From an uncultured Bacteroides sp. (GTDB lineage: Bacteria; Bacteroidota; Bacteroidia; Bacteroidales; Muribaculaceae), in the NCBI GenBank assembly GCA_964586765.1, contig CAZPHN010000002.1:83628-147627 (forward strand): DNA of 64,000 nucleotides, read 5' to 3'. The notes under the pieces were generated by a model. That model ran no database searches, had not been told where the DNA came from, and saw nothing but the letters and a program-made list of their open reading frames with translations. The position numbers were made by a program, and so were the translations under genes. Positions 36,431 through 45,082 of this stretch are shown one piece after another; position 1 is the stretch's first letter; each line of letters starts with the position of its first letter.

Positions 36431-36742
36431 ATGATTAGCGAGAAAATACAACAACTTATTCCAGTAATAAAGGAATTTTTCAAAGGTCAACCGGTTAAAA
36501 GGGCTTGGCTCTTTGGTTCGTGTTCCAAGGGGGAAGAAACATCCTTAAGCGACATTGATATACTTGTTGACTATGATAATTCCAATGGTTTGGTGTCGCT
36601 GTTTAAGATGGGAGGCATACTGATGGATTTAACCGATTTGCTCGGGCGTAAAGTTGACCTTGTAGATAATCGTGGACTTAAGGAATTTGCGCGTAAAAGT
36701 GTTGACCGCGATAAAGTTCTGATTTATGAGAGAAACGCTTAA
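36431..36742 (+). CDS. MNT-type nucleotidyltransferase, antitoxin of a type VII HepT-MNT pair
   Basis: 103 aa from the ATG at 36431, with the motif GSCSKGEETSLSDIDILV. It overlaps the DUF86 gene by 17 nt. Confidence 0.8.
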   Translation: MISEKIQQLIPVIKEFFKGQPVKRAWLFGSCSKGEETSLSDIDILVDYDNSNGLVSLFKMGGILMDLTDLLGRKVDLVDNRGLKEFARKSVDRDKVLIYERNA

Positions 36743-37067
36743 AGATCGCGGTCGTTTGGAGCATATGCTCGAAATGGCTCTGTTGCTTGATGTTGAACGG
36801 ACAAAACATAATGTTGAAGTAATCCGGTCAGACAAGGTTCTGTTTTATGGACTGTCAAAAATGGTTGAAATTATAGGGGAAGCGTCTTATATGATTACTA
36901 AGGATTTCAAACAGAACCATCCGGAATTGCCATGGCGTCAGATAGAGGGAATGAGGCATATTCTTGTTCACGGGTATTTCTCAATCAGTCCTGAGGTTCT
37001 ATGGGATGTCATACAATACGATATTCCTACCCTTGTGCCTATATTGAATTCCTATTTGACCGAATAA
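36726..37067 (+). CDS. HepT/DUF86 RNase-type toxin
   Basis: 113 aa ORF with the Rx4HxY motif present as RHILVHGY. Confidence 0.8.
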   Translation: MRETLKDRGRLEHMLEMALLLDVERTKHNVEVIRSDKVLFYGLSKMVEIIGEASYMITKDFKQNHPELPWRQIEGMRHILVHGYFSISPEVLWDVIQYDIPTLVPILNSYLTE

Positions 37068-37087
37068 CTTATCGGAACTTTCTAAAA

Positions 37088-37537
37088 TTAGCGGCGGGAG
37101 GTGAAGAAGGAGCGGAGGAGGGTCAGGCACTCGTCGGCAAGGATGCCGCTTTCTGTCACGGTACGCGGATGGAGCGCGGGACGGTTGCCGTTTACTAATG
37201 AGGTGTAGCCCCGCCGTGGGTCGTCGGTGCCCCATACCACTCTGCCAACCTGACTCCAGCCAATGGCTCCGGCACACATCAAGCATGGCTCGACGGTTAC
37301 GTAGAGCGTGCAGTCGGTAAGATATTTCGCGCCAAGGGTCTGCGTGGCGGCGGTGATGGCTTGCATCTCGGCATGGGCGGTGACGTCGTGGAGTGCTTCG
37401 GTCATGTTGTGACCACGACCTATGATGCGTCCGTTAAGGCTAATTACCGCACCTATCGGTACTTCGCCCGCCGCCAGCGCAAGTCGCGCCTCGCGCAGGG
37501 CTGCTGTCATCATCCTTATGTCGTCGGCTGTACTCAT
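37088..37537 (-). CDS. tadA: tRNA adenosine(34) deaminase
   Basis: 149 aa ORF with HAEMQAI and PCLMCAGA zinc motifs. Confidence 0.92.
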   Translation of the reverse strand: MSTADDIRMMTAALREARLALAAGEVPIGAVISLNGRIIGRGHNMTEALHDVTAHAEMQAITAATQTLGAKYLTDCTLYVTVEPCLMCAGAIGWSQVGRVVWGTDDPRRGYTSLVNGNRPALHPRTVTESGILADECLTLLRSFFTSRR

Positions 37538-38451
37538 AAGTCAATTCTCATTCCTTCGTTGGCGGCGATTATCTCGCCGTGAAATTCTTCGGCAGCTTCG
37601 TTGACAAGTTGCTGTTCAGATGAGTATCGCTTTGAGAAATGTCCTAATATCAGCCTTTTGGCACCGGCACGCCGCGCAATCTCCGCCGCCTGACGCGCCG
37701 TGGAGTGTCCGCGCGGAGCTGCCAGATGTGCGTCGGCATCGCCATAGGTCGCATCGTGGAAAACCGTGTCGACTCCGCGAATTGACGCTACTATACGCCG
37801 GTCAAACATTGTGTCCGTGCAGTATGCGTAGCTGCCTGAGGGCGATGGCTCCGACGTAAGCCATTCGTTAGGAATTACCGTTCCGTCCGGCTTGACGAAA
37901 TCCTCGCCCCGTCGGAGCGACTCCATCATGTAGTTAGGAACCTCGTGATGGCGTGCCATTTCTCCGTTGATATGCCTGCCCTTGGGCTTTTCGGCAAAGA
38001 GAAAGCCAACGGCGGGAACACGATGATAGAGCGGAAAGGAGCTGACGGTAAATGTCTTGTCATCAATCAGTATTTGACGCTTGGCAGGGTCAATGATGTT
38101 AAACCGTAGGTCGAAAGGAGTGTCACCTATTATGAAGTCAAGCATGGAGCGCAAAAGTTCCGCGCCACGTTCAAAGGTGTGGATGGTGACGCAATGACCT
38201 TTCTCATGAAGTGCCATAGTGGAAAGCAGTCCCGGTAGTCCGAGAAAGTGGTCACCATGGAGGTGGGAAATGAAAATATCGTTAAGCCGACTCATTTTCA
38301 GCCGCATGCGCATGAACTGGAGCTGTGCACCCTCGCCGCAGTCAATCATGTAGAGGCGTTGGCGGTGTTCAATTACCTGTGATGACGGCTGATGGCGCAG
38401 CGAGGGAGTCGCTGAGCCGCAGCCAAGAATATTGAGTCTGAAGCAATCCAA
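37534..38451 (-). CDS. rnz: Ribonuclease Z
   Basis: 305 aa ORF with the metallo-beta-lactamase motif ISHLHGDH and N-terminal ILGCGSATPS. Confidence 0.9.
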   Translation of the reverse strand: MDCFRLNILGCGSATPSLRHQPSSQVIEHRQRLYMIDCGEGAQLQFMRMRLKMSRLNDIFISHLHGDHFLGLPGLLSTMALHEKGHCVTIHTFERGAELLRSMLDFIIGDTPFDLRFNIIDPAKRQILIDDKTFTVSSFPLYHRVPAVGFLFAEKPKGRHINGEMARHHEVPNYMMESLRRGEDFVKPDGTVIPNEWLTSEPSPSGSYAYCTDTMFDRRIVASIRGVDTVFHDATYGDADAHLAAPRGHSTARQAAEIARRAGAKRLILGHFSKRYSSEQQLVNEAAEEFHGEIIAANEGMRIDL

Positions 38452-38474
38452 TTTTAAACGGGGAAAACGGAAGA

Positions 38475-39323
38475 TTATTCTTTGATCAGATGAACATCCA
38501 TCTGCGGGAACGGGAACTGGATACCTGCCTCAGGAATCTGCTTGTAAATCTGCTCGTTGACGGCAAAGAAGGTTGACCAGAATTTATCTTCCGGCACCCA
38601 AGCGCGGGCGGTGATATTCACCGAGCTGTCGGCCAGTTCCTTGATATATATCGCAATCGGTTGGGCGGGATTATCCTTTATTACGTCGGGATATGCCTGT
38701 AAAATATTCAGGATAACAGACTTGGCTGCCTCAAATTCGGTTCCGTAAGCCACCGCAACTATCCACTCTACCCTGCGGTGGGGCTGTTTGGAGTAGTTGT
38801 TGATTGTACCCGAAAAGAGCGGACCGTTGGGAATGATGATGGTCTTATTGTCGGGAGTGGTGATTACGGTATTGAAAAGCTGTATGGCTTTGACCACGCC
38901 CATATAGCCCTGAGCCTCAATCGTGTCGCCCACTTCATAAGGGCGCAGAATCAGGATTAGGACACCGCCCGCAAAGTTTTGCATCGTGCCGCTCAGTGCC
39001 ATACCGATGGCAACACCGGCGGAGGCGAAAAGGGCGATGAATGAGGACGTTTCAAGTCCTAAAATACCGACAACGATTATAACCAGCAGGAAATACAGTG
39101 TGATTTGCAGTCCGGAAAGCACGAATGTAGTGATTGACGGGTCGACATTGCGCTTTATCATCAGTTTTTTTACAAGATTGAAAATCTTGCGGATAATAAA
39201 CCTGCCGGCATAAAAGACCAATATGGCTACAATCAGATGGATAACGAACTCCACCAGATTGCGGGTAAGGATTGAAATTACTTCATCAAGGGCCATGCCC
39301 TTCTCAATTTTCAATGATTCCAT
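38475..39323 (-). CDS. Small-conductance mechanosensitive channel (MscS family)
   Basis: 282 aa ORF with 3 TM segments, then GVAIGMALSGTMQNFAGGVLILILRPYEVGDTIE. Confidence 0.88.
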   Translation of the reverse strand: MESLKIEKGMALDEVISILTRNLVEFVIHLIVAILVFYAGRFIIRKIFNLVKKLMIKRNVDPSITTFVLSGLQITLYFLLVIIVVGILGLETSSFIALFASAGVAIGMALSGTMQNFAGGVLILILRPYEVGDTIEAQGYMGVVKAIQLFNTVITTPDNKTIIIPNGPLFSGTINNYSKQPHRRVEWIVAVAYGTEFEAAKSVILNILQAYPDVIKDNPAQPIAIYIKELADSSVNITARAWVPEDKFWSTFFAVNEQIYKQIPEAGIQFPFPQMDVHLIKE

Positions 39324-39329
39324 GGGTTA

Positions 39330-40442
39330 TTAATCGTTACTTTGTGTATCAATGGTCCATGACAGGGTCTGATATCCGTAGGCTGTTGACGACGGATTGG
39401 GATTTATGCTCAGCCCGGAGCAATATGTAATCGGCTTGGTTCTCCAGATGGACGGTGTATGACGTTCATGGAGCACCGCGCGGTCAAGCGCGTCGTTAAA
39501 GTTATCAGTGAGGTCTGTGGAAGGCGATGTCAGTTCCATATATCGGCGCAGGTCAACAAACAGGGAGTTATAAGGCGTCGAAATAGAGAAATACTGGAAA
39601 GTGCCAACCGGATTCTCGGGGTCAGCGAGAATAGGCTTGGCAGCAGCTGCAACCGCATCCATTGCCGATAGGTCGATAAGCGACAGGGTTGACGGACAGT
39701 CCTCGTTGGTTTCGTTGAGATAATAATCAACGTTTGCATCGATTGCCCTCTTGAGTCCGTTGGGCAGGTCGGTTTCAAACATGTGATTGATGGTGCGGTC
39801 GTAAGGCATGCCGGGAAGCGGCACCTCGCAGACAGAGGCAACCATATAGTCCGCTACATCCCTCAGCTCATAAGCCACTTCGACGCAGCCCATATAGCAT
39901 GAGTCAAAAAAGATAAAGTCGAGTTTCGGAACCGTCCGCAGGGCGTCGGCAAGGTCAGCCAGTTCAATCTGGTGACCTCCTTCAAGTCCGAAAGAGCGAC
40001 CGGCAGGAGCAACCTTCTGCGCAGCTTTCCACCCCGAAGAGTGGCTCCAGAAAATGATGCCGTTTTCGGCGGCGGGAGCCATGGCGCGAGAGTCGGCAAG
40101 CACCTCCTTCAGCGTTTCGACATCGGCTCCAATCGTGCCCTCCGGATAGGTCTTTAGCTCCTTGAGCCCGCCTGCTGTAACCTCCGATAGTTTTGACTGT
40201 TCGCTATAACATGAGCGGAAAACCAACAGGCGGCATCCGTCAGGAATATCGGCGCGAAGCATTTCGCTGATGTCATCCAAGTCATTGCCCGACAGATAAG
40301 GGTCGCGGGCAGCCATATATACGAGAATGGTGCGACGGACCTCCTCCGGTTGAGCTGGTGAGGGTTCCGGCTCGTCAACGCCACAGCCAAAGGTGAAAAA
40401 TCCCGTTATTATGGCTAATATTATCCATAAAATTCTATTCAT
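39330..40442 (-). CDS. Clostripain-related (C11 family) cysteine peptidase lipoprotein
   Basis: 370 aa ORF with a lipobox (FTFGC). It has ILVYMAA, IFWSHSSGW and FIFFDSCYMG segments that carry candidate catalytic His and Cys residues. Confidence 0.75.
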   Translation of the reverse strand: MNRILWIILAIITGFFTFGCGVDEPEPSPAQPEEVRRTILVYMAARDPYLSGNDLDDISEMLRADIPDGCRLLVFRSCYSEQSKLSEVTAGGLKELKTYPEGTIGADVETLKEVLADSRAMAPAAENGIIFWSHSSGWKAAQKVAPAGRSFGLEGGHQIELADLADALRTVPKLDFIFFDSCYMGCVEVAYELRDVADYMVASVCEVPLPGMPYDRTINHMFETDLPNGLKRAIDANVDYYLNETNEDCPSTLSLIDLSAMDAVAAAAKPILADPENPVGTFQYFSISTPYNSLFVDLRRYMELTSPSTDLTDNFNDALDRAVLHERHTPSIWRTKPITYCSGLSINPNPSSTAYGYQTLSWTIDTQSND

Positions 40443-40479
40443 AAATACAAAGTTACCGAATTTTTTTGACTCTCACAAG

Positions 40480-40749
40480 TTAAAAAGTGTCATCAAGGTG
40501 TCGCCGAGGTGTCTCGGCGGGTTTTCGGCTATGTTTTTTCGTTGTCTTCTTTTCTTTACGTATTGACGGTTCGCTCTGGCTTGCAGGGACTATTGTGTCC
40601 GGTACCGGAGCGGCGACGGGAACGGTCGGGGTGGCTTCGATGCCTGTTTCAGGAGTCTGCCGCCTGAGGGCAATAATGCCGAGAAGGGCGGCGAGTATCA
40701 CTGCCAGCAGACAGAGTCCGGTCCGTTCGGCTCTGGATAACTTACCCAT
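40480..40749 (-). CDS. Small single-TM hypothetical protein with a Pro/Thr-rich region and a basic tail
   Basis: 89 aa ORF whose ATG shares 1 nt with the transporter stop codon (TGATG). The N-terminus LSRAERTGLCLLAVILAALL resembles Bacteroidales ComEA-like N-termini, but no HhH domain is present. Confidence 0.4.
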   Translation of the reverse strand: MGKLSRAERTGLCLLAVILAALLGIIALRRQTPETGIEATPTVPVAAPVPDTIVPASQSEPSIRKEKKTTKKHSRKPAETPRRHLDDTF

Positions 40750-42083
40750 CAGAGCAGCGGCGAGATGAGCACCAGCAGAATCAGTGCCGGAGCTATATAA
40801 CGGATAATGAACAGACAGATACCTATGATGCGTGAACGCAGGGTGCCGTTGTTGGTAAGCTGACGCTCAAGAAGCGAGTGAGGAGCTATCCATCCAACAA
40901 ATATACATACCCCTATGGCTGCTATGGGCAGCAGAATCTCTGCCGTCAGGAAGTCGAGAAAGTTAAACATAGGTATGCTTAACGAGCATACTCCGCTGAG
41001 TAACAGCAGCGGAATCATGACCCAACAGCAGGCGGCACGGCGCGAAAGGTGAGCGCGGTCCTGAAGGCAGCGGATAACCACCTCGATGATACTTACGGTC
41101 GAGGTCAGCGCGGCGATGGCAAGTAGCAGGAAGAACAGCGATGACCACAGACCCGTCAGCGGCAGACGCACGAAAACCTCCGGCAAGGTGCTGAACACCA
41201 AGGTAGTGCCCGCAACTCCATGGTCGGCAAGTCCGAACGACGTGACCGCCGGGAATATAATCATACCCATCATGACGGCAACCAAGATGGAAAGAAGCGA
41301 CACAGTGCTTGCAGTGCGCGCCAGCGGGGTTTCAGGCGGATAATATGACGCATACGTAATCAGAATGCCCATACCGAGGCTCAGCGAGAAAAATGCCTGT
41401 CCGAGTGCCGAAAGGATAACATCGGGAGTTATTTTTGAAAAGTCGGGACGGAAAAAGTAAACCAGTCCCTCGGGAGCCTTGGGCAGAGTGACGGATACTA
41501 TGCAGAAGGCGAGCAGAAGCAGGAAGAGCATCGGCATAAGTATGTTGCTCAGACGCTCGATTCCTTTCTTTACGCCGCCCAAAAGAATGGCAAGATTAAG
41601 AAGTACCACTATGACGGTGAAAATCAGCGGATGGACACCTCCGGAAATATACTCATCCATTTTCATGGCGAAAAGCTCTGTTCCGGGCTCCACACCACCT
41701 TCCGGCGCATAGAGATTTCCGGTAAGTGACTCATAGAGGTATTCTAACGTCCAGCCTGCCACCACCATGTAAAATACACCGATTAGAAACGCCGTCATTA
41801 CCGACAGCGCGCCGACAATGCGCCATTGTTTATGCCGGGGTGCTACCTTTGAGAAGTCGCCTATGGCGTCTGTACCTCCTGCCCGCCCCAGCGAGAACTC
41901 GGCGAGCATTACCGGTATACCTAAAACCAATACGCACAGGATATAAACTATAAGGAATGCGGCTCCACCTCCCTGCTGAGCTTCAGCGGGAAAACGCCAT
42001 ATGTTACCCAGACCTACGGCTGAGCCTACTGTTGCGGCTATTAAGCCTATTTTTGAAGAAAAATGTGTATTATTTACTGACAT
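40749..42083 (-). CDS. Sodium:neurotransmitter symporter (SNF) family transporter
   Basis: The N-terminus reads SKIGLIAATVGSAVGLGNIWRFP and there are about 11-12 TM segments. I chose the ATG at 42083, because the ORF-track start at 42095 is a TTG. Confidence 0.88.
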   Translation of the reverse strand: MSVNNTHFSSKIGLIAATVGSAVGLGNIWRFPAEAQQGGGAAFLIVYILCVLVLGIPVMLAEFSLGRAGGTDAIGDFSKVAPRHKQWRIVGALSVMTAFLIGVFYMVVAGWTLEYLYESLTGNLYAPEGGVEPGTELFAMKMDEYISGGVHPLIFTVIVVLLNLAILLGGVKKGIERLSNILMPMLFLLLLAFCIVSVTLPKAPEGLVYFFRPDFSKITPDVILSALGQAFFSLSLGMGILITYASYYPPETPLARTASTVSLLSILVAVMMGMIIFPAVTSFGLADHGVAGTTLVFSTLPEVFVRLPLTGLWSSLFFLLLAIAALTSTVSIIEVVIRCLQDRAHLSRRAACCWVMIPLLLLSGVCSLSIPMFNFLDFLTAEILLPIAAIGVCIFVGWIAPHSLLERQLTNNGTLRSRIIGICLFIIRYIAPALILLVLISPLL

Positions 42084-42140
42084 AACGTGCTGCAAATGTA
42101 TAACTTTTCTGTGAATTTTGCAAATTTGAGGAAAAATGCT

Positions 42141-42148
42141 TAACTTTG
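42141..42148 (+). promoter_or_regulatory. -7 promoter motif TAACTTTG for tRNA-Leu
   Basis: Exact TAnnTTTG match ending 9 nt before the tRNA 5' end. Confidence 0.55.
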
Positions 42149-42156
42149 CGGTGTCT

Positions 42157-42240
42157 GCTCGAATGGTGGAATGGTAGACACGAGGGACTTAAAATCCCTT
42201 GACCATTGCGGTTGTGCGGGTTCGAGTCCCGCTTCGAGCA
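42157..42240 (+). tRNA. tRNA-Leu (anticodon UAA), class II with a long variable arm
   Basis: Hand-folded cloverleaf. The acceptor stem is GCTCGAA/TTCGAGC. The anticodon stem is AGGGA/TCCCT with loop CTTAAAA. The variable arm is TGACCATTGCGGTTGT. The T-arm is GCGGG-TTCGAGT-CCCGC, and the discriminator base is A. Confidence 0.9.
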
Positions 42241-42247
42241 CGCTTTA

Positions 42248-42288
42248 AGAGACTGTTTGACAAGTTCAGACAGTCTCTCTTTGTTTGG
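42248..42288 (+). terminator. Terminator after tRNA-Leu
   Basis: AGAGACTGT...ACAGTCTCT forms a 9-bp stem followed by CTTTGTTT. Confidence 0.65.
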
Positions 42289-42348
42289 GAGAGACATGCT
42301 CGTCCTCGCGTGCCTGTAACTGACGGTGGAAGTAAAAGGTTATTGCAA

Positions 42349-42378
42349 TAAAAAAGGTGCCTCCTTTCGGGGCACCCG
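42349..42378 (-). terminator. Orphan minus-strand intrinsic terminator
   Basis: The minus strand reads GGGTGCCCCGAAAGGAGGCACC followed by TTTTTTATT. No minus-strand CDS lies upstream of it. Confidence 0.65.
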
Positions 42379-42640
42379 GGTTAGTGTTAGTAAGTAAAGA
42401 TTGTTGTTTTTATATATGTATGGTGTTTCGGTTTCGAGGAGAGCTGCTTACGCTATTTGGCGATTGCTGATGCGTCGATTTCAGACGCAGCGTTGAGGCC
42501 GACGGCCTGCAACGGAAATTTCTATCTCCGGCTGACCGCCGGCTCCCCTCATGGAGTAGTATTAGAGAGAAATTCTTTCGTTTGTCTATATAACGCGAGG
42601 TCCGGGGATTTTGTTCGGGGCAGCCGGGTAAAGTTTGCAA
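42379..42640 (-). ncRNA. Candidate small non-coding RNA, or a remnant leader, ending at the orphan terminator. Its identity is unknown.
   Basis: A GC-rich block lies inside AT-rich intergenic DNA and carries several local hairpins (CCGGC-GGTCA-GCCGG, GGCC-GTC-GGCC, TGCGTC-TGAAATC-GACGCA). No convincing ORF or promoter motif was found. Confidence 0.3.
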
Positions 42641-42679
42641 ATTTTTAGAGGAAACGATTGGATATTATAGTATTTTGTT

Positions 42680-42687
42680 TAAATTTG
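42680..42687 (+). promoter_or_regulatory. -7 promoter motif TAAATTTG for the 42744 CDS
   Basis: Exact TAnnTTTG match 57 nt upstream of the ATG at 42744. Confidence 0.45.
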
Positions 42688-42743
42688 CCGCCATAGTCGT
42701 GTTATTATCACTGGTTTCACTATTTAAATCACATTCTTCTATA

Positions 42744-43298
42744 ATGAAATTGCGTTATTTTTTGCTAAGCGTATTGTTCTGGGTTGTTGGCGCGGCTTCA
42801 GCTCAGGAAATAATCACGGATGTCAATGACTACATAGTCACTACTGATACAGAGGAGGTCATTCCGGCTGCCGATAAGTCGGTTGTTATTCTTTCAATCG
42901 ATGAGTATAAGCGGCTGATTCAGTTTCATACCACGGCTGAGTCTTTGCGCATGAAGGCTCGCACGTATCGTTCAATCGGATGGATTGGCGGCGGTGCTAT
43001 TGCGGGGCTTGGCATTGTCTTAGGCGGTACTTGGTGGGCAATATCGGATTTTTTCCCGATAATGGTCGTATATGCGTTGCCTACAATCGTTGTAGGTTCA
43101 ATATGGTGTCTCGCATGGAATTTGAGTGCTAACACATATGACCGGCGGGCACGCGCCATGGAGACCACGACGGCGTCAATTTTCAGCAACGAAATTTTAC
43201 GCTTCGGCAATAAATCGCTGACTGCCGGCGTAAACGTAATGAACAATCAGCATACGCACACCGCCGCCGTAGGCGTCGGTCTCTCCCTCTCCTTCTAA
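42744..43298 (+). CDS. Hypothetical exported/membrane protein
   Basis: The ATG at 42744 gives MKLRYFLLSVLFWVVGAASAQ (signal peptide). Two Gly/Trp-rich TM segments follow. The ORF-track start at 42675 is a TTG. Confidence 0.55.
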   Translation: MKLRYFLLSVLFWVVGAASAQEIITDVNDYIVTTDTEEVIPAADKSVVILSIDEYKRLIQFHTTAESLRMKARTYRSIGWIGGGAIAGLGIVLGGTWWAISDFFPIMVVYALPTIVVGSIWCLAWNLSANTYDRRARAMETTTASIFSNEILRFGNKSLTAGVNVMNNQHTHTAAVGVGLSLSF

Positions 43299-43302
43299 CC
43301 GG

Positions 43303-44661
43303 TTATTCGGTGCGGGGAGCGGGGGCGTAGGCTCCGAGTGTGGTGCCGCGGTCGCGTCCGTGGCGGTCCGTGGCGGATAGTTCGGGATGGTCAAGAGCGG
43401 GGTTGGCTGCGGTAATGATTGGTGAATCCGTCAGCGGGAGGTAGTCAAAGGTATACTCCTTGAGGTCATAGTCAAGCAGAGGGTCTTTCTCCCATATACA
43501 GTCAAGATAGCGGGCATCATCTTTTCCCTCAACGGTGAAACATACACGCCTGAACCATATATCGGCGGTTTCCGGAGTTTCGGAGTATTTGCCCACGGGG
43601 GTGTCGCGGCCGTAGATTATAGTGTTGACAAACTCGGCGTGAGTGTTTTCGGGGTCAAGGAACTCCACAATCGCCATGTCGGGCCATTTGAACAGGTACC
43701 AGTTGGCAAGCGTAGAGCGATGGAACTGAAAATCACCCCCTTCGGCAATCAGCAGTGCCGAAGCCGCGTTGCTAAGCTCGGAGCCGAGGCTCAGTATTTT
43801 CGACCCGCCGCGGGCAGCAATCAGAGTGGAACCGGAGTTATATATGCGGCAGTTTTCAAGACGGAGGTCGGCGAGCGAGTCAAGCAGCACGCCGTTGCAG
43901 GTATTGACAATTTCCGTATGGCTCAGCCTGTTGCCGGTAGATTGGCGACCGAAGGTTACACCCGCCCACTGGTTCGACATTATATCATAGCTGATGTCGG
44001 CAACGACATTGCCCGTGCGGTCGCCGCGCATTACTACCGGCAGCTCAACGGTGCCCTCGGTAATCAATGTGCCTTCAACCTTCAGTGCTCCCTTGTCGTG
44101 AAAGAGCAGGGCTGTGCCTGCCTCAAGCGTAAGGGTCGCTCCGGGTGCCACACGCAGGGTGTCGAATATTATATGTGGCATCTCGGCGGTCCAGCGCGCT
44201 GATTCTGTGATGGTCTCATCGCGATGGCGGCTCACATTCTGGGCAAGAGCCTTGACGGTTACGGAGCGGGTAACTCCGTTGGTGGTCACGTCGAGCTTAT
44301 CGTTCATTTCTAATGGCGTGGCTGTAGGTGTCTCCGGAAGTGTACACTCCACAAAAACGTAGATGGAGTCATTGGGGCGAATTTCAATATCGGTAAACTC
44401 ACGTCCGCTCCGTCCGTCCACGTTGATGCGGAACATGGAGCCGTCGCGTAGAGCCACACGGCTGAGATTAATCTGCTTGGAATTGCGGTTGTAAATCATC
44501 AGCATCGACGTTGGCGACGGATTTTCAGTAAACTGCACCCCCATGTCCAGCTCCTCGACCGAGAACGAAGGCTGCGCCGACGGATGAGTGTCAAACCCAT
44601 CCTCAATACAGCCTGTAAGCGTCAAAAATATTGCGATATAAAAAAGAATGCGCTTCATCAT
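43303..44661 (-). CDS. Hypothetical lipoprotein, likely a right-handed beta-helix fold
   Basis: The ATG at 44661 gives MMKRILFYIAIFLTLTGC (lipobox). The central region has repetitive beta-helix-like turns (NCRIYNSGSTLIAARGG..., LIAEGGDFQFHRSTL). Confidence 0.55.
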   Translation of the reverse strand: MMKRILFYIAIFLTLTGCIEDGFDTHPSAQPSFSVEELDMGVQFTENPSPTSMLMIYNRNSKQINLSRVALRDGSMFRINVDGRSGREFTDIEIRPNDSIYVFVECTLPETPTATPLEMNDKLDVTTNGVTRSVTVKALAQNVSRHRDETITESARWTAEMPHIIFDTLRVAPGATLTLEAGTALLFHDKGALKVEGTLITEGTVELPVVMRGDRTGNVVADISYDIMSNQWAGVTFGRQSTGNRLSHTEIVNTCNGVLLDSLADLRLENCRIYNSGSTLIAARGGSKILSLGSELSNAASALLIAEGGDFQFHRSTLANWYLFKWPDMAIVEFLDPENTHAEFVNTIIYGRDTPVGKYSETPETADIWFRRVCFTVEGKDDARYLDCIWEKDPLLDYDLKEYTFDYLPLTDSPIITAANPALDHPELSATDRHGRDRGTTLGAYAPAPRTE

Positions 44662-44736
44662 AATAGATAAACGCAAACTTGATGGTGTTTATTATATGGA
44701 ATCCGCGAGGAAGAGAGGTCTTCCTCCTGACGGTAT

Positions 44737-45081
44737 TTAAAGGACTGCCGCGATTCTTCTAATTCGCGAAAGCCGTTCGATTAGTTTTACATCTTTTGCC
44801 GCTTTGTTTTTGTTATAAGCCGTTTGCAAGTTAATCCAAAAGTCAGCATCGATTCCCAATGCGGCTTCAAGCATCATGGAGTGTTCAATGGTAAAGTCTC
44901 TCTTACCGTTAATCATTTCGTTTATAAGCGACGTGGCAACACCGATTTCAGAAGCCAGAGCCGTTTGGGTAATGCCTCGACATTCAATCTCTTCCCTAAG
45001 TATTTCCCCCGGATGGGTAGACGAAAATGGAATGAGATTATTGGCTATCATGTTACTGTCAATGTTTGGGAGCTGTATCAT
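44737..45081 (-). CDS. higA: HigA-family antitoxin (XRE-type HTH)
   Basis: It contains THPGEILREEIECRGITQTALASEIGVATSLINEMINGKR. The ATG at 45081 lies 1 nt after the higB stop codon. Confidence 0.8.
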   Translation of the reverse strand: MIQLPNIDSNMIANNLIPFSSTHPGEILREEIECRGITQTALASEIGVATSLINEMINGKRDFTIEHSMMLEAALGIDADFWINLQTAYNKNKAAKDVKLIERLSRIRRIAAVL

Positions 45082-45082
45082 A

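Noticed and set aside
42410-42640. A 76-aa minus-strand ORF and a 63-aa + strand ORF (42457-42648) in the tRNA-Leu-adjacent gap.
   Set aside because: Their translations are Arg/Ser/Pro-rich with no signal, TM segment or domain features. The two ORFs overlap each other. The region is better explained as non-coding.
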